Shown in pieces: positions 1 through 11,400 of a DNA stretch of 64,000 nucleotides. The notes under the pieces are model-generated. The model was given only the letters and a program-made list of their open reading frames with translations. It was not told where the DNA came from and searched no databases. The position numbers and the translations under genes were made by a program. Source of the DNA: Candidatus Omnitrophota bacterium (lineage in GTDB: Bacteria > Omnitrophota > Omnitrophia > Omnitrophales > Omnitrophaceae); contig JAKQXH010000055.1 of assembly GCA_029561555.1 (NCBI GenBank), forward strand, positions 20,263-84,262. Direction: 5' to 3'. The number at the start of each line of letters is the position of its first letter. Positions within the stretch are counted from its first letter, which is position 1.

Positions 1-1097
1 TTCTGAAACAATCTCGCAACCGTCATCTTCCGGCCCGCCACGGCGTGAAACTGCGGCGGCATCTCGGGGTGAGGAATTTCCGCGGGCCGTCGCCGGGTAA
101 CCCCGCTTGAAATCAACCCGCGGATAAAATCTTCCAAAAACACGTTTTCGAAATTATGAAACCGGATGGATGTCTTCTCGCTCGTCACATAAACCGACAG
201 GGCGGGATCAATACGCGCCGTAAAAATCCCGAGATCCACATCGCTCATGGGGGCCCCGAGCAGAACCAGGCAGTCGCTGGTTTCGACATATTTGCGGACC
301 GCTTCGCATCCCATCGCCCCCTCATAAACCCCCATATACAAAGGATGCAGCTCGGCGATCACCGATTTGCTCAGCAGAGTCGAAACAACGGGAAGATTCG
401 CTTTTTCGATAAACTCAAGAAAAAGTTTCTGCAGCCCGAACCGGTGAAGTTCGATCCCCGCGATCACGGCGGGCTGACGCGCGGCATTAATCATTTTGAC
501 CGCTTCCTGAAGGGCTTCATTCAGAACGTTCGGGTCGCTTTTCTCGGAAGGTTTCACGAAGGAATGCCCGGCAAGCCCTTCCGCCGTGACCCTGTCGCGC
601 GGCAGTTCAATGTAAACGGGCCGTTTAAATTTCATCGCCGCGCCCAAAACACGGTCGATTTCGCGGAAAGCCGTTTCGGGGTCGTTCAGAACGGTTGACG
701 CAACGGTCAGCTGCTCGTACACCTTCAGCTGGGTGTCAAAATCTTTTACGCGATGATGCAGCAGCGGGTTCTTTTCCCGTTCATTCGTCCCGGGCGCCCC
801 GCTGATGACCACAACGGGAGACCGCTCGGCAAACGCTTCGGCGGTGGTGTTGGCCAGCTTCAGCCCTCCGACGCAATAGGTCACGCAGACGGCCCCCAGA
901 CCGCGCAGCCGCGCATAAGCATCCGCCGCGAACCCGGCGCCCTGCTCGTCGCAGGTGTTGATGACCCGGATTTTACTGCGATGGAGCCGATCAAAAAACG
1001 TGAGGACATAATCTCCGGGGACTCCGAAAACATGCCGGACTCCGTACTCATAAAGCCGGTGGATGAGATATTCTCCTATCACAAGCGGATCGGCCAT
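1..1097 (-). CDS. Thiamine-diphosphate-dependent 2-keto-acid decarboxylase (indolepyruvate/pyruvate decarboxylase family), N-terminal ~365 aa; the 3' end lies beyond the left window edge
   Basis: Absent from the supplied ORF track because it has no stop inside the window. Manual minus-strand translation from the ATG at 1097 (GGAGG 5 nt upstream) stays open to position 1. It reads MADPLVIGEYLIHRLYEYGVRHVFGVPGDYVLTFFD...CDEQGAGFAADAYAR...GGLKLANTTAEAFAERSPVVVISGAP...LLHHRV, the N-terminal PYR-domain signature of PDC/IpdC enzymes. The + strand ORFs 156..698 and 753..1142 are its antisense shadows. Confidence 0.8.
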   Translation of the reverse strand, partial: MADPLVIGEYLIHRLYEYGVRHVFGVPGDYVLTFFDRLHRSKIRVINTCDEQGAGFAADAYARLRGLGAVCVTYCVGGLKLANTTAEAFAERSPVVVISGAPGTNEREKNPLLHHRVKDFDTQLKVYEQLTVASTVLNDPETAFREIDRVLGAAMKFKRPVYIELPRDRVTAEGLAGHSFVKPSEKSDPNVLNEALQEAVKMINAARQPAVIAGIELHRFGLQKLFLEFIEKANLPVVSTLLSKSVIAELHPLYMGVYEGAMGCEAVRKYVETSDCLVLLGAPMSDVDLGIFTARIDPALSVYVTSEKTSIRFHNFENVFLEDFIRGLISSGVTRRRPAEIPHPEMPPQFHAVAGRKMTVARLFQ

Positions 1098-1297
1098 CGC
1101 TGCCTCCATCTTCCCGGGACACGGACGGTTTCCCGGTCCTGATTCACGGATCGCGTTTACTATTGTCAGGTATTCTACGGATTTAAAATAAAAAAGCCAT
1201 GACGGAAAACCGCCGGACATCCGGCCCGGGCGGCTGAATCCTCTTTAAATCCGGCGGCTTTTGTTATAACATTCGCACAACAGGAGCCTGTTCCGTC

Positions 1298-2428
1298 ATG
1301 AGAAAACAAAACACCGCGGAATTGATCATCGCCAGTTCCGAAAACGATTCCAACATGCTTTACGCCACCCGTTTTTTCGCCCCCGATCCTTTTATATTTC
1401 TGAAAATCCCCCCTAAAAAATTCGCGGTCATGAATGACCTTGAACTGGATCGGGCAAAATCCCGGATAAAAACTTGCGAGGTCGTATCGTTTTCGGAACT
1501 GGCCGCGAAATACGGAAGGGGTGGGACGCAACCTTTCTCGTCGGCCGATGCCGCGGCGGTTCTCCTGAAAAAATACCGCGTAAACACAGTCGAAGTCCCC
1601 GTTAATTTCCCGATTCAATATGCCGACGCGCTCCGGAAGAAAGGATTCCGAATCACCCCCCGGCCCAATCCTTTCTTCAAGCAACGGGCCATAAAAAAGA
1701 GAGGGGAGATTGCGGAAATCACTCAAACCTTGCGCGCAACCGAAGAAGCGCTTTCCCGGGCAATATCCGTTATTAAAAATTCCGACATTCTCGGCGGCAG
1801 GCTTTATCACGAGGGATCCTTGCTGACCGCAGACATCATTAAGAGGACAATCCATGTCGCTCTGATCGAACAAGACTGTCTCCCCGACCATACGATTGTC
1901 GCGCCGGGAGTTCAAGGTTCCGAGCCTCACAATGAAGGTTCCGGCCCTCTCTTCGCCGACAGTCCCATTGTCATTGACGTTTTTCCCCGTTCCATGACGA
2001 GTCATTATTACGCGGACATCACGAGAACCGTCGTCCGTGGGAAGGCATCCCCGAAACTGAGAAAAATGTACGCGGCCGTCCAAGGCGCGCAGGAAATCGC
2101 TTTCCGCATGATTCGGGCCGGTGTCGACGGGAAAAAGGTCCACGCGGCCGTCACGAAATATTTCGAAAAGCAAGGTTTTAAAACCGGAATACGAAAAGGC
2201 CGCCTGCAGGGATTCACTCACAGCACGGGACACGGACTCGGCCTGGACGTGCATGAATCCACCCGCATCAGCCCGCGCAGCGAGATCTTGAAAGCGGGGA
2301 ACGTCGTAACCGTCGAACCGGGCCTTTATTATCCGGATATCGGGGGGGTTCGGCTTGAAGATCTCGTGGTTGTCACGCAAAACGGCTGCCGGAATCTCAC
2401 AAAACTGGGAAAGTGTTTGGAGCTTTAG
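1298..2428 (+). CDS. M24-family Xaa-Pro aminopeptidase/dipeptidase (creatinase/prolidase fold)
   Basis: 376-aa ORF whose C-terminal half carries the M24B metal-ligand motifs (DITRT, HSTGHGLGLDVHE, VVTVEPGLY, GVRLEDLVVVT). Its stop codon (TAG 2426-2428) overlaps the stop (TAA, 2425-2427 on the minus strand) of the convergent giant gene. Confidence 0.8.
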   Translation: MRKQNTAELIIASSENDSNMLYATRFFAPDPFIFLKIPPKKFAVMNDLELDRAKSRIKTCEVVSFSELAAKYGRGGTQPFSSADAAAVLLKKYRVNTVEVPVNFPIQYADALRKKGFRITPRPNPFFKQRAIKKRGEIAEITQTLRATEEALSRAISVIKNSDILGGRLYHEGSLLTADIIKRTIHVALIEQDCLPDHTIVAPGVQGSEPHNEGSGPLFADSPIVIDVFPRSMTSHYYADITRTVVRGKASPKLRKMYAAVQGAQEIAFRMIRAGVDGKKVHAAVTKYFEKQGFKTGIRKGRLQGFTHSTGHGLGLDVHESTRISPRSEILKAGNVVTVEPGLYYPDIGGVRLEDLVVVTQNGCRNLTKLGKCLEL

Positions 2429-5400
2429 GCCGCGCGGGCGAAAGATTCGGCTGCGGTCTTCATTTCGCTGAGCAATTCGAGATAATGCCCGATCGCGTTT
2501 GCATTCAACGCAAGACCGGCAATTTCAATCCCGTTTTCGGCAAGACGGATTTCCAGGTTGTCCCCGATTTGTTTCCTCAAAGCCTCCGCCGTCATCCGCC
2601 CGCTTCCGATCAACGCATAGACCAGCTCCGCAAATTCCGTCGTTTCCCCGTCCATGGCAAAATCCCGGGAATAAAAAGGCCTGACAAACGGCGACTGCAA
2701 TTCGGCCAGGACATTTTCGCGACCGACAATCGTAAGCGATTTAAGGAGTTCGTTCTGAGTCAGAGCGCCTTGATTCCCGGCGCGGCCGAAAAACGTTTTT
2801 GCCCGCGCCCGGAAATCACTCGCAAGGCGCCCGCCCCTGAGAAAACCCCCGAGGAAGAAGGTGTAATCTTCTCCCGGTCGCGCTTTCACAAGCTGAATTC
2901 TTCCTTCGAATTTTTCGCGGTAAAAAAGATTCTTCTCCCGGAGGGCCTCGTCGCTTTCGTCTCCATCGTAATAGACCAGCAGCATTTTATTCCGGTTTGC
3001 GCCGAGAAAAGCCTCCATGCGCCGTACGTTTTCAAGGGAATGAGCGGAAACGACGGCAATCCCAAACTCACCGCTTTCGGCAAGAAGCGGCCGAATCTCG
3101 GGAGAAAGCGTTTCAAGCAATACGGCGGCATTTCCTTCCCGGCCCGACAGACCCAATTCCCGCATCCATCGCAGCCGCATCTCCCGGTCCGGATCAATCC
3201 TGAAAATCCGGCCGGTGATCTCTTCCGCCACCTGCCTGGCCTCGGGAGAAATCGTGCCGTCGGAAGCATCCCCAAGACTTTGAGCGGTGTCTCCCCGATC
3301 GCCGAAAAAGTCCCAAACCCCCTGTCCGTCTTCCCAGACAATCGGAACGGCCGGGTAAGCTTGGCGGATCAAAACCGTTAATTGTTCCGCAATGTCGGAC
3401 AATCTTCTCGCGCGGCCCGGAGAACTGCCCACCTCCCCGATGCGAACCAATGCCGCGGCATACCCGGAAATTTCCCGCGGATCGCCGGGAATTGTTTGCG
3501 CCCAATCCCGGATCCCTTTTGCGATCTCCCGTAACCTCGGATTTAAATTCACATACCGTTCGACAATTCGTCGACGCCTCGGGCGGTTCATGGACGGCCA
3601 TTGCAATGTCGTATTAATTCCGTTTACCAGACTCCGCAACTCCGACGACGGGATATCCTCGTACCGGTCCAATCCCTCCCCCGCTTTTCGGACCGCTCCG
3701 CCCAGCACTTCCGCGTTTAACGCCCATGCCAGATGCGATAATGAATTTACGACGCCCCGCGCGCGGATCCCAAAGTTCTCTTCCGCTTTTTTAAGAGAAT
3801 CCAGCTTCTTTCTTTCTCCCTTTTCCCGTTCCCGCTTGGCCCGCTTCACCAGTAAATCAATCCTGTTTTTTTCCCGTTGAGTCAATTCGGACGCCTGCCC
3901 CGCCGTCGCGGGCCCGATCACCCCGAGTCGGCTCAGATAATATTTAATTCCCGTAACAATTTTCGCCCGGCCAGCCGTCAGATCCGGAACAATCGTGTTG
4001 ATCCGCCCCTGCAAGAGTCTCTGCGCATCGGAACCCGGATCCTCCCCAAACAAAAGTTGGGGAAACGCGTTCACATTCCCCATTGAAGACACCGCTCCTT
4101 TTGCCCCCGAAAGCAACGCGGGGACAATACCCATTTCATCTCCCTGATACACGATTGTCTGCCTGAAATATCCGCGAAGCCGGTCAACATCCCCGGAACT
4201 GTCCTTCAGCGCGGCAATCCTGCCTCTGAGCTGCCCCGCGACTTCTTCTTCAAGATTCAGGCCGCGCGTAATTCCCGGATTGTTGTACAGCACGAGAGGA
4301 AGCCGGCGCGTAATCCCCGCTTCGGCAAGTTCCCTTTCGATGCGGTCAAAATGCGGCACGACTTCCGGATTGTCCGCGAGATAATAAAGTGGCGCGAGTA
4401 CCGCGGCTTCTATCCCCTCGATGCGGTGAATTTCGATCAGATTCCCGATTGTCTCCGTCTCCGTATCGCCCGTGGCATTGGCAAAAATCCTAAGCCGGCC
4501 TTGTGCCTCCTCGGCAAAAATCCGGATCGCCTCCAGTCTTTGTTCGTTTCGCAAAAACATAAATTCCCCGGTCGCCCCCATCACGAGAACGGACCTCACG
4601 CCCAGCGAAACAAGGTGCCGCACAAGGTTTCGTATCCCTTCCCGATCGATTTGGCCGGCCTCCGTAAGCGGCGTCACGGCCGGAACGATATTTTCATACT
4701 TCAAAACAAGTCCGCGGACTTCTTCATCCTCCCTGAGATGCTCCAACCGTTCATTCAAAGCCTGCTCTTCCGCCCATTGATCAAATTCCGCCTCCCACTG
4801 CCCGGTCAACCGGCGTTCTTCTTCCGCCCAATCCCGGGCTTCTCCGTCTTCTCCGTTTTCATCCCCCAGGCTGGCGCCTTGATCCACTGCCCTTGTGCGC
4901 CGCCCTGACGCGGAAAAAACCGGCACCCGAGAAATCGGCAAAAGGATTTCCAATGATTCGAACTCCGAATTAAAAATATTCCAAAGCCTCGGGACCAAAG
5001 GATGCGAAGCCCGCTCGCCGATTGCCAGATAAAATTGCGCGGAAGGAAATTGAAGCAGAAAAACCTCGTGCCAATTCCCGGACCGCCCTTCAACCATCTG
5101 CCCCCAGCGCGGCAAATTCGCCGCGATAAAATCAAAATCCCCCAAAGAATTCCGGTCGGCATCCGAAAAATCCAGCTGCCGCAATCGCATCGTATCTCTC
5201 GGGATCCCGTTTGTTTGCCTGAGAAAAGAGGCAAGGCCGATGCACATATCGTTCGCGTCTATGCCGACCATTTCCCCCGCGCCCAGGCGCAAAGCGGTAG
5301 CCGAAAGAATCCCGTCACCGGTCCCGGCATCCAGGCCCCGCAATCCTTCAAACGCTTCCGCTTTTTCCATCATCGAAAAAATCGCGCTCAACGTGTAGTT

Positions 5401-8400
5401 GTGATAAGGAAAATCCAGCCAGGGAACGGAATCCTCGCCCGGTCCGATCCCTTGAACCAGCAAATTTTCTCCGTACGGAGCAAGTTCTTCCATCAAACGC
5501 TCGAAGCGGGATCTTTTGAAGTAAGGCGTATAGTCAATACCAAAACGCTGCCCCTTCTTGGCCAACATCGGGTTCAAGCCTTTGACCAGATACGGGAAAT
5601 AAAACATATCGCCAGCCCGGACATACCAGGGCGTGCGAAGGATCTCATACGTCCGGTTTTTCCCTTCCAGAGTCAAATGGTCCCGAAGATTAAGATCCGA
5701 TCCGAACTTTTCGTCCAGAATTTCCTGAAGCCGTAAAGCATTTTCTCCGAGGCGCCGCTGCCGTTCCGGAAAACCTTCTTGATCTCCAAGCGAAGCCGCC
5801 GAAACCGTTTCAGGCCGTACCGATCCACGCTGCCGCTTGCCGGGAGACAATTCCCGGAGGCTTTCTTCCAAAGACCCCGTTTTTTCGGCCGTAACGCCCA
5901 GACTGGCGCCGGTCTCCGAAAAAGTCTTTACCGGAGGAGCGTTTCGGATTCGCGCTTGAAGATCTTCCTCCGAAATTGCCGGCAGACTGCCTATCAAACG
6001 GAAAAGCGCGGGAAGATGCTCGCGCATCGTAGAGACAAGCGTCTCTTTCATGTCCGGGACCCCTCGCAAATTTTCGGGACCGATTTCGCTCAGGAGAAGT
6101 CCCTGAAAATTTTTCTCGAGAAATTGAAGCATCCAATCAGGATTCCCTTTTTCGGCAAAGAACCGCATCCATTCCCGGATTTTCAATTCCGGATCAAACA
6201 GTGTTTTGACCGGAAGCTCGAGAATCAGGACCCAATGCTGCGGCACTCGGACAATCGCCTCGGACGGTTCGTGAACGTTGTAGCCCACCTGATATTGAAA
6301 TAGAAAATTGAGCGTCCCGTCCGGCATTTTATGAAAACCGACTCCGACCCCGGTAAGAACGGAACGCCGTTCGTCCAGAATTTTAAAATCCACCGGCAGG
6401 GTCGGAACGGCCAGAACTTCGCCGGGTTCGCGCAGGACATAATGAAACGGCAAACTGACGGAGCGGTCGTCAAAAGCGCCGGCCCTTTCGAGTTTTCCGG
6501 AACGGCGCAACGTTTCCATGGACTCCCGGATCGCGGACCCGAACGGATGCCGATCGAGAGGAATCGCGACGGTTTCTTCCCCTTCTCCGCGGTACAAATA
6601 GCTCCATTCCGTGGGATCGATCACGAGCCCCCCCTCGGTAACCGTCACCACATGCTGAAGCGGAGACTCCGAAACGCCCGACGGATTCTCCGCGCTTTTC
6701 AACTGGGACAAATAATGCCGGCACTTTAACGGAAACGGCACCAAATAAGCGTCCGGAAAATTATTTTCATAAAGAACGGAGCCCGTCAGCTTGGATGCGC
6801 TCCCGCATTCCGACCACATCGCCCCGAGTCCGGGCCCGGTCAGCATCAGACCGCGGGGGCCCCAGGAAAAATCCCCGTGTTCAATCAGCCACTGAATTCC
6901 GTATTTCCGGATCTTTGTATTGATTTGAGGTAAAAGGGCCGCAATCTTTCCGGCTTCCGGAATATCTTCCGCCGATTCAGGACCGGGTTTCCCGTCCTGC
7001 CCCAAAGATTCCGCCTCCGGATGCGTCGAGCCGTCCGAAACCATCAGCACCACATCCCCTTTTCGGTCTTCCCAATCAACCAACTCCATGACGTTTCTCT
7101 CAGAATCCCAGTAATATTCGTGAGAAGACCGGACCGTATGTCCGAAGAATTCCAACTCCCGCCGGTACGTACTGATCATGCCTTTCTGATAAGGCCCGTT
7201 CGATGTCCGGATCCGCGAATAACCGGGGTAAGTTGAAACAATCAGGCGGTAGCGAGGCGAAGCGAGTGAATTCAACACAAAGAGAAGTTGCCCGATGTCG
7301 GCAACATAACCGACGGTATCGATCATCAGCACGGCATCGAAAGGCGCCGCGGCGGCGATTTCCTTGACTTCGGCCAGCCGGTTCATATCTCCCTGATAGG
7401 CTTTGATTCCCTGAGCGTTCAGATGCGAAACGATTGCGGGAACGATATCCACGGCATAAACTTCATGCCCCATTTCTTTCAAACGGGCCTCGATCTGTCC
7501 TCTCCCGGCTCCCAAGGAAAGAATCTTGAGTTTCCGGCCTTGGGGGATCTGATCGAGAATCATTTGCTGATATTCCGGGCATCTTACGGCCGGCGTATCG
7601 TCCCGGCTTTCGGCGATCATCTGCCATAAATAATTGGCTTCCACGTCCGTTTTCGGCCGGCCTTCTTCTCCCGGCAGCGCCGCCCAGTTCAAAGAATCGA
7701 ACAGCCCTTCGGGCGGTTTACGGCCTAAAGCCATGTGATACAATTCGTTTGCCAAAGCCGTCACGCCTTCGCGAGTCAGAGGGTCCCCGCTCAAGTAAGT
7801 CATGAGGAAAGCTTTATAGACAAGCGTCCGGACATCGTCCTCATATTCAGGGCCGAACCAAACCGAACCGTCTCCGAGCGATGCGCCCTGCAAAAGTTGA
7901 TTATCCTGATAGAGTTCGATTCGCCCGTCCGCCGATTTTCGGGCCGAAATCGGACGGGGAGTACCGGTAAACAACAGACTTTTTCCGATTTCGGTTATAA
8001 ACCCCAGCCTCCGGTCCGTATCCGCTGCGACAAGTTCCCCGCCCGCCTTCACCCGAACTCTCATCTTTCGGGGAATTCTGGACGGCTTGGTGGACTTTAA
8101 AACCGTATAAATTTCACGCTGAGGGTCTTCCTCCTGCAATTCGACTTTTGCAAACGGTTCCGCATACGGATTAGATTCCTGTGAAATCGAAACGGGCCCC
8201 GTCATTTCCCGGCCGTATTTCCCGGCGCGCAGCAGATCGTCAGATGACATCATTGTCTTCCGGGGGAAAAATAACGGAAAATTTCCCAAAGCGGATTTTT
8301 GAACGCCGACCTCCGTCAGGAGTTTCAGACAGAGATGAATCAGGGCCGGGCTCTGCGTGTGAGTCGCCGCGAAAACCGCGTTTTCCCTTCCCGCCAAACC

Positions 8401-11400
8401 GATTAGCCAGTTTAAAATCGTCTCGGCAATTCCTTTTTCCATGAAACGATCCTGCTCGCCGGAAGACAGAGCCTCAAACGGATAAAACTGTTGTGCGGTA
8501 TAAATAACGCGCCCGCTTTTTGACTTTCCCCTGGTGAAGGTTAAAAAGCCCGAGTACTCGCCGTTTACTTTAATATCCGCGTTAATCACTCCATCCTTAA
8601 GCCTGCCGTCCATTCCCATCGTCCCAAAAATTCTGTAGAGCCTCATTTCAACCGGCGCTCCGCCTTTGATATTCGTCAATTGGACGGTCCATTCATCGGG
8701 CTCATAGGAATACGATTCCCACACGGTTCCCGATTCGTCACGGACTTCGGTCAAGCGTCCTTCGTCGTCATAGGCCAAAATATTCCCGCTTGCGGGATTG
8801 ATCGGGTCGAGAGCTTCCCGCGTAACGCCCAAAGAAGCTCCCTGAGTTTTCATCTCCTTTTGTCCCTCTTCAAATCCGGCGTCGTACCCTTCGGAAAAAA
8901 CCTTCTCGACTTCTTCCCGGTCGGCAACCGGAGACATAACCCGCAGCGAGGTCTTCACATATCCATATTCGGATCCGCGTTTCAGCCTGGCTGTCTCGGA
9001 AAACTCTGCCCACCCGAAATCGATAAACGCGATTTTCCCATCCGGTTGCAAAAAAACATGGTCACACCTCAGTCGGTTCGGTTCATCCTCCAGGAAATGA
9101 ACGATATCTCCGTGTTCAATCCCTATGCCGTGAAGTTTGCCGATCGCAAACCCTATTGCCTTTACGCTATTTAAATCCATCGATTTCCCCATCGGCTCGC
9201 CATTCTGCCTGCGCATCACCAAGATCGGATACCCCCCTACTTCGGCATAGCGGGCTTCCGGCGCCAACTGGTGGACATGCGCCAATCGCATGATCCTTTC
9301 CTGTCGCTTCAAATATTCTCTTTGCCGTTTCGGCTCTAAGGATGTCGGTGATTTTTTTTGCGCATAACTTTGCGCATAAAATATGATGGGTTCTTTCCGG
9401 CCCTTTAAAATTAACTCGTACTCCCATGTGTTTTTAGAACTTGAGGAAATCGAAGACGCTTTTTTAATGAGGACGGATCTAAAGTGCGTTACTTCCCCGA
9501 CATCGTCGGTCCCCGCTATGAACCGCAAAAGCTCCGAAGCTTTATCCCCGAAAATTATTTTGAAGATTTCCTGCGCACATTCAATACGCTCTTCACAGTC
9601 CAGAGACGACACTTCCAAAAGTTGATTGTCTTGATAAAGCAGGATTTCACCATTCGGAAATTTTCTGGCCGAAACCGGTTTGGGAACGCCGCCGGCAAGA
9701 ATCGAACGCAGGCTGCGGGTCGCGACACCGATTTTCTCCGCGGATCCCGCTTTAAAAATCTCCCCTTTCGGATTGATTTCCACGCACTCGCCGGGAAATA
9801 CGACAGACGGATCGCTGCTTTGGCTCACCGTATAAAAACGGCCGCCGGGTTCCTTGAGCCGTAAATTCAGAAGAGCAAACGGCTGCGAAGGAAGCCTGGA
9901 GTCTTCCGCCACGGAAACTCCGCCCAGGAATTCTTCTCCATACAATCCGAATTCGGCCGCAACACCGGAGATATCGCGCCATTGGTTATTCAGGTTGACT
10001 TGATCCGCAAAAAATTTCCGGTAAAGATAGAACAGGGAAAGATTGAATGTGCTGCTGCTTGAGAGGGCCGCATTTTTCCGTTTTGCGAAGGCGCTGATCC
10101 AGTTCACAATCGTTTCCGCGTACCCTTTGCCCGTCAATTCGCTGAGACGTTCGAAAGGAGCTTCTTGAAACGGGTAAAATTCGAGAATTTCCAAGCTGGA
10201 ATTTCCGTCTTCCTCGTACGTCATTTCGTTCAAAGTCACATAACCGGTCCTGATGCCGTTAATTTCCACGGCAATGCGGTATTCCCTCCAACCTTTTTCC
10301 GAGGCAAGAAAGCCTTCCCCTTCCGTCGAAATTCTAAGTTTGACGGAATCGCCTCCCTTGATATTGGCTAAATCCACCGTCCAAAGATTCGGCAAATAAT
10401 AACTATACGATTCCCACACGGTTCCCGACCTATCGCGGACTTGGGCGAGGCGGCCTTTCTCGTCATATTGGTAAACATTCCCGCTTGCGGGATTGAATGG
10501 ATCCAATTCCTCTCTGGAAACCCCTAATGATTTTCCGGCTTCTACAGCCAAAGGTAAGCGCACGATAAAAATCGTTCCCGATTCGCCGGAAATCAGGCCG
10601 GGATCGGCTTCCTCAACTTTAAAGCCTTCTCCTTCCCGATACGCCCGAAAAGTCTTCCCGTTTTTTACTTTCGAAACAACTTCGATCGTCCCGCCGTATT
10701 TCTCGACCGTCTCGAGGACCAGCGCGAGCCCCTGCCCGTGGACTTGCCCGTCCTCCGGCTTCGTGGAAAAATCGGCCGAAAAAATCCGGGAAAGATGCGC
10801 TTCGGAAATACCGCTTCCGTTATCCTTAACCTCGATACGGGCAAAATCGCCGTCACGCCGGGCCCGCACTTCGATTTTCGCGCCATCGATTCCTTCCAAA
10901 GCCCGCCGCGCGTTCATCAGTAAATTGTCGGTCAAATCCTCAAACCGGAACCGGTCCGCCTCAATGAAAACTGCCGGATCCCCCGTGTAACGAAGGGGAA
11001 TCTGTCCCGCTTGCAAAGCCCCGTCTGTCACCGGAGCTTGTTGGCGAGGTTCGGGAGATCCTTCAAAGAACGAGGAAACCGCCAGCACCTCCGCTTTTTC
11101 TCCGCCTTGAAATGCCTGATAAAAATCTTCTATTTGGTTTAAACGCCTTGCGATTCTTTGCTTTATATCTCGGATAATCTCATCCGCTTCGGTAGAATTT
11201 TTAAAAAGTGCTTCCGCAATGTCAGAAGAATTAAGGAAACGGCTATCTTCAAGAAAAAGAAGCGCTATTTTGATTTGACGGATAAATTGAAGCCCCTCGA
11301 GAATGATCGTTTCAAATTTTTCCGGCGAGACATTACCCGTCGCCGCTCGATATTCCCGGGAAACATAAATCTCATCCTGCCCTAAAAACTCCTGAAAAGC

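Noticed and set aside
156-1142. Plus-strand ORFs 156..698 and 753..1142 from the ORF track
   Set aside because: Their translations are Arg/Pro/Gly/His-rich with no recognisable motifs. The opposite strand encodes a clean, motif-rich TPP decarboxylase that is open across the whole region. They are antisense shadow ORFs.
1175-2380. 401-aa minus-strand ORF opposite the M24 peptidase gene
   Set aside because: It has no motifs and an odd composition (many R/G/F/P). The plus-strand product carries all the M24 metal-ligand motifs. It is a shadow ORF.
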